DNA of 63,350 nt, the filler included, from Octopus bimaculoides (Eukaryota): the NCBI RefSeq assembly GCF_001194135.2. It is 6 parts of 6 records of this genome, joined end to end, with 100 filler letters (N's around TTAATTAATTAA, not from the genome) between each part and the next. Parts side by side here need not be neighbours in the genome. Positions count along the whole stretch, not along the records: positions 38,208 to 55,221 come from NC_068985.1; positions 55,322 to 60,862 come from NC_068988.1; positions 60,963 to 63,350 come from NC_069004.1; 3 more parts are not named here. One strand, given 5' to 3'. This document shows, piece after piece, positions 50,310 to 63,350 of the stretch. How positions within the stretch are numbered: the first letter of the stretch is position 1; every line of letters begins with the position of its first letter. The notes below the pieces were generated by a model, which searched no databases, was not told the origin of the DNA, and saw only the letters and a list, made by a program, of their open reading frames with translations. A program made the position numbers and the translations under genes.

Positions 50310-50986
50310 CTTTTCTTTTATAGGCACAAGGCTAGAAATTCTGGGGGAGTAGGCTAGTCAGTTATATCAATCCCAGTGCTCAACTGGTACTTAATTTCAT
50401 GACTTTGACAGGATGAAAGGCTAAATGGACCTCAGCAGCATTTGAACTCTGAACATAAAAACAGACAATTCTACCAGCTTGCAGCCTCAGCAATAATAAT
50501 AATAACAGTAATAATTCTTCCTACTATAGGACCAAGGCCTGAAATTTGGGAGAGGGCGGGTGCTAGTTGATAACATTGACCCCAGTATTTGACTGGTACT
50601 TATTTCATCAACCTTAAAAGGATGAAAGGCAAAGTAAACCTTGACAGAATTTGAACTCAGAATGTAAACCAGAAAAAATGTTGCAAAGCATTTGCCCAGC
50701 AAACAATTCTGCCTGTCTGCCACTTTACTGATAATGGTGATGATGATGATGATGATAATAATAATTTGAAATTTTGGCACGATAATTACGGTGGTAGAGG
50801 ATCAATTATTAAATTGACTCCAGTGCTCAACTGGTATCTACTATAATAATGCTCTTGTGTTTTTCTCCGTCACAACATATGAATGAGAAAAGAAGGGGTG
50901 ATAAATGAATAAGGAAGGAAGGGATGATGGTAAGCTGGTAGTGGGAGCGTTTCAAGTTTGAGTGAGTATATGTGTGTGTATGTGAA

Positions 50987-51019
<33 letters not shown>

Positions 51020-51924
51020 ATGTGATAGAAGTGGGATGGTGAACATTCAATGCTGAAAAGAAAAATCAAACAGCATTTCAACTCTGTCTGAGTATATGTG
51101 TATATGTGCATGTGTGTACAAGGGAAGTATGTGAATGTCTGTATGTGTGAACTAGTGTTCTTTCAGTAACAAACAATGATTGATGTCACAATTCAAAAGA
51201 CAACTACTAGATAACATTGACAAGTGTATTAGTTTGATTTACCATCCATATTTATATATAGAAAACTACAATTAGCCGTCATTTTTTATGGTATGGGGCC
51301 AGCTAGTATATTATATTGACCCTGAAATGATAAATACTGCAGATCATTTTGTCCAACATAATGATTTCTAAGACGGGCATGAGGTGACATATTTTAATGG
51401 GGAGGGTACAGTCAATTAATTGCATTAATTCCAGTATTCAAATAATAAAATGGTATTATTTTATTAATCCTAGAAAGCTTAAAAGGAAAGTTGATCTTAG
51501 CCAGATTTGAAATCAGAATGTACAGAAATGTGACTGTAATCCTGAAAGGAATTTAATCCAACATGCTTAGCAGTTCAGATTTCTAATTTTATAAATATTT
51601 ATTTCTATTACAGACACAAAGCTACAATTTATGAGGGAGAGACGTTGTTGTCATCATCATCATTATTTAACATCCATTTTCCATGTTAGAATGGGTTGGA
51701 CAGTTTGACTGAAAACTGGTGAGGTGCACCAGGTTCCAATCTGATAATCAATAAAAATGTCACTAGTACTTGATGGGTATCTATTTAATTGAACCCAGAA
51801 TGATGAAAGGCAAGGTCAACCCCAATATACTTTGAACTCAAAACATAAAGGAACATAACTAAATCTCACAAAGCACTTTATCTGCTGATCTTGTATCTTC
51901 TCCAGCAAATTGTTTCTCATAGCA

Positions 51925-52290
51925 CCAGCGTGATCGTTACCAACATCGCCTTCCTGGCAATTGTGCCAGTGGCACGTGAAGGGATATTCGAGTGAGATCA
52001 TTGCCAGTGCCGCTGGACTGGCTCCTGTGCAGGTGGCACGTAAAATACACCATTTCGAGCGTGGCTGTCGCCAGTACCGCCTGACTGGCCCTCGTGCCGG
52101 TGGCACGTAAAAGCACCCATTACACTCTCGAAGTGGTTGGCGTTAGGAAGGGCATCCAGCTGTAGAAACTCTGCCAAATCAGATTGGAGCCTGGTGTCGC
52201 CTCCTGGTCCACCAGTCCTAAGTCAAATTGTCCAACCCATGCTAGCATGGAAAGCGGACGTTAAACGACGATGATGATGGTGATGATGAA
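51925..52290 (-). mobile_element. Interspersed repeat family D (SINE-like, possibly RTE-associated)
   Basis: Motifs TTTAACGTCCGCTTTCCATGCTAGCATGGGTTGGAC and ACAGCTGGATGCCCTTCCTAACGCCAAC, shared with decayed copies at about 47455-47635 and 51655-51750. Confidence 0.65.
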
Positions 52291-53272
52291 ATGTAGTTAA
52301 CACAACTAATCCAATTAGCAGTGTTCAAATGAATCTCCCATCTACCACCTTCAATTGCTATGGTCTTTATTTCAACNNNNNNNNNNNNNNNNNNNNNNNN
52401 NNNNNNNNNNNNNNNNNNNNNNNNNNNNNNNNNNNNNNNNNNNNNNNNNNNNNNNNNNNNNNNNNNNNNNNNNNNNNNNNNNNNNNNNNNNNNNNNNNNN
52501 NGATATTCGAGTGAGATCATTGCCAGTGCCGCTGGACTGGCTCCTGTGCAGGTGGCACGTAAAATACACCATTTCGAGCGTGGCTGTCGCCAGTACCGCC
52601 TGACTGGCCCTCGTGCCGGTGGCACGTAAAAGCACCCATTACACTCTCGAAGTGGTTGGCGTTAGGAAGGGCATCCAGCTGTAGAAACTCTGCCAAATCA
52701 GATTGGAGCCTGGTGTCGCCTCCTGGTCCACCAGTCCTAAGTCAAATTGTCCAACCCATGCTAGCATGGAAAGCGGACGTTAAACGACGATGATGATGGT
52801 GATGATGAAATGTAGTTAACACAACTAATCCAATTAGCAGTGTTCAAATGAATCTCCCATCTACCACCTTCAATTGCTATGGTCTTTATTTCAACATATG
52901 GGCAACTTGGACATATGTATGAGCTTACAGAAAATGTATATGCAATATATAAAAGCTAATAATAATAATAATCCTTTCTATTAAAGGCACAAGGCCTGAA
53001 ATTTGGGGGAGGTGGACAGACGAATACATTGACCCCAGTACTTAACTGGTACTAATTTTATTGACCTCGAAAGGATGAAAGGCAAAGTCGACCTCAGCGG
53101 AGCAGCAGCAGCAATAATAATAATAATAATAACAATTTTTAGTAGAGAGGTAAAGTTAACTGAGTCAGAGTACATTAGTAGTATATCATCATCATCATCA
53201 TCAATAACAACAACACTGAAGACTTAAAAAGAAAAGAGAGACAAACAACAACAAATAGACTGACAGTTGTAC

Positions 53273-53351
53273 CTTTTTCACAGGAGGTGGGATGTCCAAC
53301 ATCTCCCACAGTTGGTTCCTGACTGGACGAATTTCCTCACGGGATTGATCC
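53273..53351 (-). CDS. TBCD: TBCD penultimate coding exon (phase 2 to 0)
   Basis: tttctttaattcttgccAG|G...AAG|GTACAA, 79 nt, (W)DQSREEIRPVRNQLWEMLDIPPPVKK. Phase-compatible with the 54793 exon and similar to recalled human [24 protein letters not shown]. Confidence 0.9.
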
Positions 53352-53440
53352 CTGGCAAGAATTAAAGAAACAATAATTTACGGGAAAAATAAGGCATATT
53401 ATAAGGTGGAAGACTCAGAGAAAAAAAATATATATATTAC

Positions 53441-53574
53441 TAACCACATGGTTCTGGGTTCAGTCCCACTGCGCGGCACCTTGGGCAAGTGTCTTCTACT
53501 ATAGCCTTGGGCCGACCAAAGCCTTGTCAGTGGATTTGGTAGACGGAAACTGAAAGAAGCCTGTCGTATATATG

Positions 53575-53605
<31 letters not shown>

Positions 53606-53782
53606 CTGTGTTTGTCCTCCCAGCATCGCTTGACAACCGATGCTGGTGTGTTTACGTCCCCGTAACTTAGTGGTTCGGCAAAAGAGACCAATAGAATAAA
53701 TACTAGGCTTACAAAGAATAAGTCTTGGGGTCGATTTGTTCGACTAAAGGCGGTGACTGAAACAAGTAAAAGAGTAAAGAGT
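53441..53782 (+). mobile_element. SINE family B, CpG-rich (young) copy in a TBCD intron
   Basis: GGTTCTGGGTTCAGTCCCACTGCGCGGCACCTTGGGCAAGTGTCTTC...GAAAGAAGCC-(TA/TG)n-CATCGCTTGACAACCGATGCTGG. Confidence 0.85.
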
Positions 53783-53959
53783 ATATATAGATGGCAGAGT
53801 TGTTACACAGTATTTCTGCTAGTCAGTTACCTCCCTTAAGTGTTCTGATTAAATATGAACCACAATAAATTAGTCTTAATAAACAAATTGCATGGAAAGT
53901 TTCTCTCAACTTCTCTATAACATGCACTCAGTGTGTAAACTTCACGGGTTGCTCTCAGT

Positions 53960-54260
53960 CACCCTCAACAGGTAAACTCCACAATCAGTTGCCTTCAGTT
54001 GGTAGATCTTTTAAATTACCCTTGGTAAGAAAACCCTACAATAAGTTGTTCACAGCAGATAAACTCCACAAAAACTTATCCTTATTAAACAGCATCAAAT
54101 GTAACTTACCCTCACTATAAATTCCACAAATATGTTGCCCTCAACAGAAAAACCTCACTACAAATTGCACTCAGTAGAAAACCTTACCAGAAATTACCCT
54201 TGGTAGGAAATCCCTACAACAATTTGTCCTCAGTTGGTAAACCCCAAATAAATATACCTC
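53960..54260. repeat. Degenerate about 30-bp minisatellite in a TBCD intron
   Basis: About 9-10 units resembling CCCTCA(A/G)(C/T)AG.TAAA.(T/C)CC.CAA.AA.TTG. Confidence 0.65.
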
Positions 54261-54792
54261 AGTAGCTCTCAGTAAGTAAATCTATATAAGTAACTCTTAC
54301 CTATATTGTTACCATCACTTTGTTACCTATTGTGGCTGTGTGCTACAAGGTTATCTACCAAAGACAAATAAATTAATTACTTACAACCCAATAGGTAACT
54401 AAATATCTGATAATTGAGCACTAAAAATTTACTTATTCAACCAAATATTCCTAAAAATAACCCACAATAATAGTCTATACTGCCTTAAATTTAAGCCAAT
54501 AGAGGAGTCTGTGGTCACTTGACCTACTAGAAATAATAACTAAATCTTCCTCAAATCACATCCTCCTATTTTTTAAAAAGACAGAACACATAGGGTGATG
54601 TAGTCTGGGATACACAAAATTAGGAAAAAAAGGGGTAGGGGCTGTTTACTGCTGTAATATCTTTGGTTTGTCTAATTCAATTAAAGGTGACCTGTATGTA
54701 AACATCAGTGGTTCCTAAAATTACTCTTAATGGCATCAGTATGTAGGCAGCCTATGATGAGAGATGACTACCAAAATAAAGCTACCACATAC

Positions 54793-54902
54793 CATTTTGT
54801 CTCTCCAATAAGCCCCATGCAGTCATCAGCATGCTCCTCAGGCAGGATGTCATCATACAGCAGCAATGTATCATACAGCTCATTGGCTGTGTTTAGACGA
54901 AT
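54793..54902 (-). CDS. TBCD: Tubulin-specific chaperone D, antepenultimate coding exon (phase 0 to 2)
   Basis: ttttcacttcAG|ATT...AAA TG|GTATGT, 110 nt, IRLNTANELYDTLLLYDDILPEEHADDCMGLIGETK(W). Matches the TBCD C-terminal pattern as I recall it from human (IRKTTASQVYETLLTYSD...VLSDTAW). Confidence 0.9.
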
Positions 54903-54974
54903 CTGAAGTGAAAAAAATGGGTTTAGGTTTTAAACTCCACCTCAGTTGTGCTCATCTTATATATATATATATAT

Positions 54975-55067
54975 ACTAGCAGAAATACCCGGCGTTGCCT
55001 GGGTTAAAGAGAATAATGAAATCTAAAAACGCTGTCTAGACTACGCATCATCTTTATATATAGAGAT
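54975..55067. mobile_element. Helentron/DINE-1-like non-autonomous element end
   Basis: ACTAGCAGAAATACCCGGCGTTGCCTGGG hairpin and ATCTTTATATATAGAGAT, inserted in (TA)n. Confidence 0.5.
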
Positions 55068-55547
55068 GTATATACACACACGCACCCAAACACACGTATA
55101 TATATGTATATCAATATAAATATATGAAAGTCAATGAAGTTTCGTAAAAGAAGGTGATCATGTACATACTTTCTTGCTGTTGTGATTATAACACCTCGTT
55201 GTAAACTATGTTCCTTGTTTTNNNNNNNNNNNNNNNNNNNNNNNNNNNNNNNNNNNNNNNNNNNNTTAATTAATTAANNNNNNNNNNNNNNNNNNNNNNN
55301 NNNNNNNNNNNNNNNNNNNNNAAGAATAGGTGAGCAACGAGAGGAAGAGAGGAAGTACGAGGGGGGAAAAGGAGATACGTAGTAGTAACAGAGGAAGAAC
55401 GAGAGGGGTAAAGAGAGATACGTAGTAGTAAACAGAGGAAGAACGAGAGGGGGAAAAATTGAGGAGGAAGAGAAAGAGAAAGAGATAGAGTAGCGTCGGA
55501 AAATATAAAGTTACGAAAAATACTTACAGATTGGTGACGCTACGTTC

Positions 55548-55587
<40 letters not shown>

Positions 55588-55837
55588 TGTATGTATGTAT
55601 ATGTATGCATGTATGCCTTATAATATTGCAGTGATGTGAATACGCTCACAATTACAAAGAACTCAATACTGGATGTAGAGTAAAATAAATAACTAACACA
55701 AACCCAGTCGACAAGACAATTCCAGATGATTATTTGTGGAATTATTTGGAGAATTGTCAAAATCGTCAAGTGTCAATTCCCCAGAGGCAACCGTACGAAA
55801 TCATATTCTCGAACCGTCACTTCGACTTCGTTTAAAT

Positions 55838-55906
<69 letters not shown>

Positions 55907-57326
55907 TTATGAATGTATGTACATGTATACACACACACACACACACATGTATATGTATATATTATGTGTTGATATGTATATATATATATATATATATAAA
56001 TGCATAATTTAACATGTCTATACTGTAAGTATATATTTATATATCTATTCTGCGCACATGTGTATGTATCCATAAATATACATCCATAAATACATACACA
56101 TCTATATGTATATGAGATTCATACACATTTTTTAAGCGACAGAAATATAGTCGCTGATAAACACCTGTTTGCAATACAACATATTATATTAAGTAAACAT
56201 ACACACATACACGTGCAAACACATGCTCACACACACACAAACACACACACACACACACACATTCTCTCTCTATCTCTCTTACACACACACACATAAACAC
56301 ACAAATGTACTATACAAATAATGACGAATTGAAGCCAACACTAGGATATGTCTTCGAACATAATGTAGAAATGAAGAGATAATAAATCAATGACAAGAAG
56401 AATGATAATCTCGTGGATGCAGATGTCATTAAATAATATTCAAATAGTCTGGCTCTAGTCTAATCCAGTTGTAGAATATGTATTGAAGAAGAGATAATAT
56501 AGTTTCTCACATCTAATTCCTTTTTGTTGTTGTTGTTGCTCTTCTTCTTCTTCTTCTTCTTCTTCTTCTTCTTCTTCTTCTTCTTCTTCTTCTTCTTCTT
56601 CTTCTTCTTCTTCTTGCTTATCATAAAGTCACACTTGATCAATAATACTTATATTATATACGTATCATTATCAAAGTTGTAGTATTGAACATCCAGTTCT
56701 TTTTTAATTCTTATTCATGGCAACGTTGTCCTTTTTTTATTAAAAATTATTTTCGAGGTTCTAATATCTGAAGGAGATTTAGGTATTATATCTAGCACTC
56801 CATGTGGACGCTTAGGCCCTTCCTTTAACGGTCCTTATGATATCCTCTGGACGACAACAAAACCATTGGTCAATACTGTTGCCACCTAAGGAACCTTCTC
56901 AAAAACTTTGCCGCAAATAAGTTTATCAGACATATAAGCCACAATGATAGGGAATAATGTGTCCTACCCCCACCGTATAGGCGACTCATGATTGACCATA
57001 CCGAGGAAAAAGGGACACTACCGTAAACAAACGTTCCATCTCAAGTAAAACGTTATCCAGGTACATCAGGTATAGGTAATTTTTATCGAGAAACTAACCG
57101 CACGAGACATGACTTATTACTTGACCGGTTGCGCTACTAAGAAAATTGAAGGCAGTTTTTCGTTAGGCCTACCATTCAGAAAGTTCCGTGGTTCGCAGGT
57201 TGTCCACGACTGATTTGCTTGATTATCCGACCTGTTTGAAATAGCAACCGAATGTCCCTCATATTACACTTTTATTATCTTAAAGAAGGAAGGCATCTCT
57301 GAAAATTTAAACAAATCAATCTTGTA

Positions 57327-57390
<64 letters not shown>

Positions 57391-57393
57391 GTA

Positions 57394-57968
57394 GTACCAG
57401 GCAGTGGCTCTCACGGATGCCCAGATGCAGTACCAGGCAGTGGCTCTCATGGCTTCTGATCTTAACTGATTGGAAGTGTTATCATGTACATTGTTTTGTC
57501 TTGGCATAAAAAGATGGGCAAATATTCTGCTCAATACCACAGATTTGCTTGTCAGTTGTTTGACCTTAACCAGTTGAGCATGTCCCTTAGTGACTGACAC
57601 TATGTGCATCTCTGATGATGAGCAGAAGTAGTGGGGTAGCATCATAGCCATGTGTTGAGAGGAATTCTTTGGAGTTTGAATAATTCACCTTTGGAAACAT
57701 AGGTGTTTTGCTCAACATCCTTAAACAAACCTTATTCAGGGACCTTTTGAGCATGATGGGCTACTCGACCTGAAGAAAATTCTAACTGGGCCCCACCTGC
57801 GAGGTCATGCGCTGTTTATCTTGATATGAGATCACCATGTCGCACACATATGGTTGTGATGCATATGCCTTGTGTACCCTTATCAGACGGGTAAGTCATG
57901 ATGGCTATAATGGGCTTCGTATATTTTACTCCAGTGTCACTTTGATGGCATGCCCTGCTCTCTCACTC

Positions 57969-57970
<2 letters not shown>
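57394..57970 (+). mobile_element. Family G element embedded in (TAA)n
   Basis: (AAT)n on both sides. GTACCAGGCAGTGGCTCTCA is duplicated at the 5' end. Confidence 0.75.
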
Positions 57971-58015
<45 letters not shown>

Positions 58016-58019
58016 TAAT

Positions 58020-58455
58020 AATCCTTTCTACTATGGGCACAAGGCCTGAAATTTGGTGGGGAAGTAACTAGTTGATCACATCGACCTCAGTGTTTCACTG
58101 GTACTTATTTTAAAGACCTGAAAGGATGAAATGTAAAGTCAGCCTCGGTGGAATTTGATCTCAGAACATGAAGGCGGACGAAATGCTGTTAAGCACTTTT
58201 CCCGGCGTTCTTACGATTTTGCCAGCTCGCTGCCTTTGAACTAGTGGTCTATTAGCTTCAAATTTTGACACAAGGCCAGAAATTTGGGGGAAGGGGACTA
58301 GTCGATTACATCGATTCCAGTGTCCAATACTCAACTGGTACTTATTTCATCGATTCCGAAAGGATGAAAGGCAAAGTTGACCTCGACGGAATTTGAACAC
58401 AGAAGGTAAAGACGGAGGAAACGCCGCTAAGCATTTCGCCCTGCATTCTAACTAT
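58020..58455 (-). mobile_element. Two tandem SINE A copies
   Basis: Units at about 58020-58235 and 58260-58455. Further copies lie at about 59350-59500 (-) and 60110-60290 (+). Confidence 0.8.
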
Positions 58456-59675
58456 TTTACCAGATCGCCGCCATTGAACTAGTGGTATATTGAAAACTAG
58501 TATTCGATCAGGTTTGACCTGAGGTGACATCAAGCTCTGTTGTGTGGTTAAAAACTTAATATCGCATGAAAGTGGGTGAGTTAACTATAAAGTAAAGTAA
58601 GTGAAATCATGCATTGAAGGCGACTTTGTCTAAGAGTAAGTATGTAGTTACTGTTGAAGGCATTTTAACTACGGTATCAGTTTACGAATATTAGTATTTT
58701 ACGGAGTAGAGTTTCTGACATTATTAATAATACCCAAGTATCTTTGAAACAAGCAATAGCATAGTTTTCGTTATACCCCAGAGCTGTAGATCTGACAAAT
58801 TTAATAAATACAGTACAGGTGGTTGTACATTTGTATATGGGATAACGACAAGCATTACGAGAAAAGAGTTATTTGCATAAAATGTCAAAGTGCTTTCTAT
58901 TACATTACGATAAACTTAGCGATGTTGTTACGGATGCTAAAGGCATTCCTTTTATATAGAATTAGAAAACCAACAATGGTTATTTGATTTGATATTTTTG
59001 GTTGATTTCACTAGCTACACAAATGACCAAGTTTGAAATTGCAAAATCCGAATCAGCTTCATTACTTCTCTTCTTGCCAATATCTAGAGATTTGAATGAC
59101 TGATACAATTGGTGGGGTAACTCAACTGATAAAATACTGCTCGGTACATTTTCCCCCTCACTGCAAGAACAAGGAATCTCAATCAATAGTGGAACTTCAA
59201 TATCTTCGCATTAGCTTGAAAAGAGGTTTCGAGAATAACAAAATAATAAGCTTAAAATATGTCCACAAGAAATTTGTATTGAAGTGATAGTCATTTTTTT
59301 TTTTTACAATTTTACCAAATTATTTAGAACCAGATAATAATTTGATATTAGTTTCAAATTTTAGGTGAGTGGTAAATCGATTACCTCGACCCAGCGTACA
59401 GCTGGTACTTATTTTATTGATTCCGATTTGATGAAAAGCAAAGTGGACTTCGGCGGAATTTGAACTCAGAACATAAAGGCGGATGAAATGCCATTGATGC
59501 TACTTGCTTTCCGTCTTAGATAATACTTTGATATTAAAATTTAATACTTAATCTTTTTTGGAGATTTGTAAACTCTATGGAGATAATGAAAATTATTCAC
59601 ATTTCAGAATTACCCACTGAGAATTACGATACTTCTCTCCACTATGTGCTGATGAGAGTAGGTTTGCACAGGCGT

Positions 59676-60085
59676 GCTTTCCAATTACATGGTTCCAAGT
59701 TCAGTCCCACTCCGCAGCACCTTGAGGAAATGTCTTTTACTATAGCCTCGGGCTGACCAAAGTCTTGTGTCTTGTGGGTGCATTTGATAGAAAGAAACTG
59801 AAAGAAGCCATCTGTCTGTATGTGTGTGTGTGTGTTTGTGCCACTGTATATATACATGTCTATGTGAATATATATATGTGTACGTGTGTACGTGTCGTGT
59901 TTGTCCCCCGTCACCGCTTGACAATTGGTGTTAGTTTGTGTGCGTCCCCATGACTTAGCACAGCTCGATAAAAATCTATAAAACAAGTGCCAGGATTTAC
60001 AGATATGTACTGTCGTCGATTTGTTCGACTAAAACCCTTCCAGACGGTGGTGCCCTAGCAAAAAGTAAACGATAAAAATAAAATA
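59676..60085 (+). mobile_element. SINE family B
   Basis: Same head, body and microsatellite layout as 53441-53782. Confidence 0.8.
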
Positions 60086-61237
60086 AGATAAAATAAATTC
60101 AACCAAGAAAAAGGCGGTAAGCTGGTACACTCCGAAGAGCGTCAGAAAAAGATTCCTTGCGAGATTTATTCCGGCTCTTTACATTCTTAGATCAAATCCT
60201 ACTGTGTCGATAAAGTATCATCAAGTATTGGAGTCGATGGTATCGACGGACTCCCTCCCCTAAAATCGCTGTCTTTGTTCCTAAATCAGTAACAATATAT
60301 TTTGGTAAAAAACCACTCGATTTACAGCTAAACATGAAGAAAAGCGAAGAATTTTTGGCAGAATCAATTCAATTTATCAGCTCTGAACTTCTCAAAGCAA
60401 GACAAAAACAATCTTCTCATTAAGATGCGAGTGAAGAAAATTTAATAGAATTTAAATCATTATATTTTGTGATGTCTTCAACATTTCGGTATTTAATGTA
60501 TTCTAATTGTCTTCTTAATTAGTGCATTATAACATTTTAATTAATGCTTCTAGTGCGATCGCGTAAATATCACCGAATTTATAAAACTGAAGATTGATTA
60601 TTTTTCTCAGAATATGTAGTCTCGAAGGGTTCCTCCTATGTTCTGGCAATTCACTACTATAACTAAAAAGATTCCACACACCTGCCAAGACTTTTTACAG
60701 TCTTTGCTGGGTTAGGTTTTAGTGCTTGGTGTCCGAATAAAAGTAGATGGTGATTTAGTAGTACTTGGTCGAACTATCCGGATGAGGTGGGGTAGCAGTT
60801 TTGGTTGGATGCTGTGAATCTTGGAACTTAAGATACATATATGATACATGATTATATATATANNNNNNNNNNNNNNNNNNNNNNNNNNNNNNNNNNNNNN
60901 NNNNNNTTAATTAATTAANNNNNNNNNNNNNNNNNNNNNNNNNNNNNNNNNNNNNNNNNNNNTTAAACTGAATCATTTTTAACCCTCAAAATCATGAAAG
61001 TAACAGCAACAGTTCCTTCCGTATTGAAGCCAGCACATTAAAAGATTATTTAATTTATGTCGATGGTACTGTATATTAATATATCCTGTACTTCTTATCC
61101 CGAGATTTTGGTTAAATAATTTTTTTTTCATCTTGAGTTTGTACTTTAAAAAAAAAAAAAAATTCTTTGTGGGCTCAGACTGAGTTGCGTACGCAATGTG
61201 CTAATGAATGGTACACTTATCTCCCTTGATGTATACA

Positions 61238-62688
61238 CAGGGTGTTTCCCACAAAACATTATACACATTTTAATAAATCAATTTTCATTTCTTCTTCTAT
61301 TTAACCCATTAGAAATAATGACGGGAGACAGCCTGAGCTTTGAACGGAGGAAATTTATACTAAAATGTTACTGGAAAGTTGAAAACGCTGTCGAAGTTCT
61401 AAGTCAGTTTAGGAGATAGTTTCAAGCAGATCTACATTTGTGGCTTGCCATCTCTGGAATTAGAGATCAGTCTGAAGCGCATAGAACTATTCAGAATTCC
61501 CACAAGAAATGTTGCGGAGGACCGCGGATGTCGAGGTGCCCCCACAATGTTAGGAAAGTAGAGTAATACCTTACTTTACGAGGACCTCTTTACGAGACCC
61601 CTGGCTTACGAGTTATATTTTATAATAAATATAAAAAGGTTAAACAGCCATTGTGTGTGCATGGCAACGTCGCAACAGGTGGCAACGCTGGTTCTGACGT
61701 GTCTACACAACGACGGAGTAAAATGACGGCATAAAATTTCATTGCTACTATGAGAAATTACTCCTCTGTTTTACGAGTTTTCGTTTTACGAGTGATTTCT
61801 GGGAACAAATTAACTCGTATATCGAAACATATTGTACTAGTAACATATTGCCAGAGTTCAAGTCAATCTATGCAGCGAGTTGGGAGATAGGAATTTCGAA
61901 GTACTGTCATTGGAGTAGTTACATTCCAAGAATAGTCTTTGCTCTAAATGAAGATTCGGACTGAAGAATGTGGTTCTGAGAATGGTATTTGGCAAAGTGT
62001 GTGGAAGTTGCACGCTTTCCAAAAAGATTCATCGAATGATGAGGCAACATTTAAATTAAACAGTTCAATTAACCACCACAATTGCAGGCACTGGGGACCC
62101 GAGAATCTGTATGTCATGGAGGAACATCGTGTTAATTTATCAGGCGTTAAAATGTGGTGAAACCTATCAAAAGGATTAATTGGACCATTCGTTTCTGGCA
62201 GTAATGAAACTGACCCCATTTATTTGGATTTGTTGGGACAATCTGCCAAGCCAAGCATTCGATAAGACTCCGAAGATGTGGAGTATTATAGCTACCAAGA
62301 TGGAATAACCCATCATTAACTCAGCACGTAAGGGCCTACCTTAGAATTTTGTATAGGATGCAGAATATGATGAGGTTCAATTGAATGCAGCACGCGTTGA
62401 TCGAACATCATACCACTACATTTTTGTTTTGGGGAATGCTTAACAGATAAAATGTAGAGTAGAAAACCAGAAACGAATTCATGGCGGCCACTGAAGGAGG
62501 AGACGCATAAAAAGCGAATGAAATGTTTCGTGATATTTGAGAATATAAGGGTATACAGTCTGAAAACATCCGTTCGTAGAAAAGTTGAAATGTGTTTATG
62601 TAGATTGTAATTAGTTTTGAAATGTATTTTGATAAAAACTGACTTTATGCTGCTTCAATGTGTGCATACATTTTTTAGGAACACCCTG
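61238..62688 (+). mobile_element. Near full-length decayed Tc1/mariner element (rosa/DD41D-like transposase)
   Basis: TIRs CAGGGTGTTTCCCACAAAA...CACATT and (rc) CAGGGTGTTCCTAAAAAA...CACATT. Protein remnants: [50 protein letters not shown]. Many stops. Confidence 0.9.
61561..61834. mobile_element. Tigger/pogo-like MITE nested in the transposase
   Basis: TA|GAGTAATACCTTACTTTACGAG...CTCGTATATCGAAACATATTG|TA. Removing it restores NVRKV|LVT in frame. Confidence 0.75.
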
Positions 62689-63285
62689 TATATGTGGATG
62701 CTTATATGTCTGTGTGTGCTTGTATGCATTATGTTACGTATGTATTATGTATATGTTACATATGTGATTGCCTTTAAGCTCTATATATACATCTGTGCAA
62801 ATACGTTTGCGTGTATGGAGGCATCTTTACACACCGAAATTATTTTTTTAAATATGTTAAACAGAATCGTTATCTACACGTAGATCTGAAAAATTAGATT
62901 AAATGTATACTTTGTTTTTTAAGAAAGTTCTTCAGAAAGTTATGATAGACGAATGAATATACATGTGTTGATATGTAAGACTATGCAAGTAGGCATATAT
63001 GTATTTTCCCATACATACAAACATTCCTGCATATAAACATCCACCTATCTATAATTGAATATATATGTATGTATGGATGGATACAGTAAGAGGCAAAGTG
63101 ACAAATAAAGAGGCATATATATACATACATGTATATATATACATACATGCATATATGCATGTGTGTGTGTGTGTGGGTGTGTCGGTGGGTGTGATTATGT
63201 GGCGACTGACTACTTTTTAGTATAGTTACTACTCTGATCAATCCTTGAGATTTTACAACTAACTATTTTTGCTTGTATATATAAG

Positions 63286-63330
<45 letters not shown>

Positions 63331-63350
63331 GTATATATATATATATATAT

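Noticed and set aside
51982-52895. Apparently identical direct repeat of about 395 bp (51982-52376 and 52502-52895)
   Set aside because: The copies flank an N gap and appear identical, which is typical of an unmerged contig overlap.
54384-54420. Possible 37-nt minus-strand exon ending GTT|GTAAGT inside TBCD
   Set aside because: The flanking exons already join in phase and match TBCD without it; inclusion would shift the frame.
56800-57160. Faint Gypsy-like motifs (GPYDIL; GNFYRE)
   Set aside because: Motif order is inconsistent with a pol gene, and part of the segment looks like an old SINE-type repeat.
60328-60423. Plus-strand acceptor followed by LNMKKSEEFLAESIQFISSELLKARQKQSSH*
   Set aside because: No partner exons found and the acceptor is mediocre; it cannot be supported alone.

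Overview
Eukaryotic, AT-rich, gap-riddled and repeat-dense DNA. The SINE repertoire and microsatellite load suggest an octopus/coleoid cephalopod draft assembly; this is inference, not a database result. Almost all ORFs in the supplied track are microsatellite or N-gap artefacts. The one gene I recognise is the 3' end of TBCD (tubulin-folding cofactor D): three minus-strand exons at 54.9-49.7 kb, inside a CpG-decayed domain of about 45.4-54.9 kb. Splice-signal-bounded exons suggest up to three more unidentified genes: a plus-strand gene at 4.7-6.8 kb, a minus-strand gene with a signal-peptide-like exon at 29.3-40.6 kb, and a candidate exon at 46.9 kb. The rest is tRNA-headed SINEs (labelled A, B, C here), other interspersed repeats, decayed mariner, maT-like and rosa-like transposons, Tc2/hAT/Tigger/piggyBac-type MITEs, an RTE LINE 3' fragment, and a Penelope-like element with a degenerate hammerhead-like motif. 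There are several local inverted duplications and a SINE-derived tandem array. Five 100-bp N-TTAATTAATTAA-N spacers are artificial scaffold joins, so contiguity and orientation across them are uncertain. I found no CRISPR, rRNA or intact tRNA. Exon models were derived by hand, and protein and repeat family assignments are from remembered motifs.
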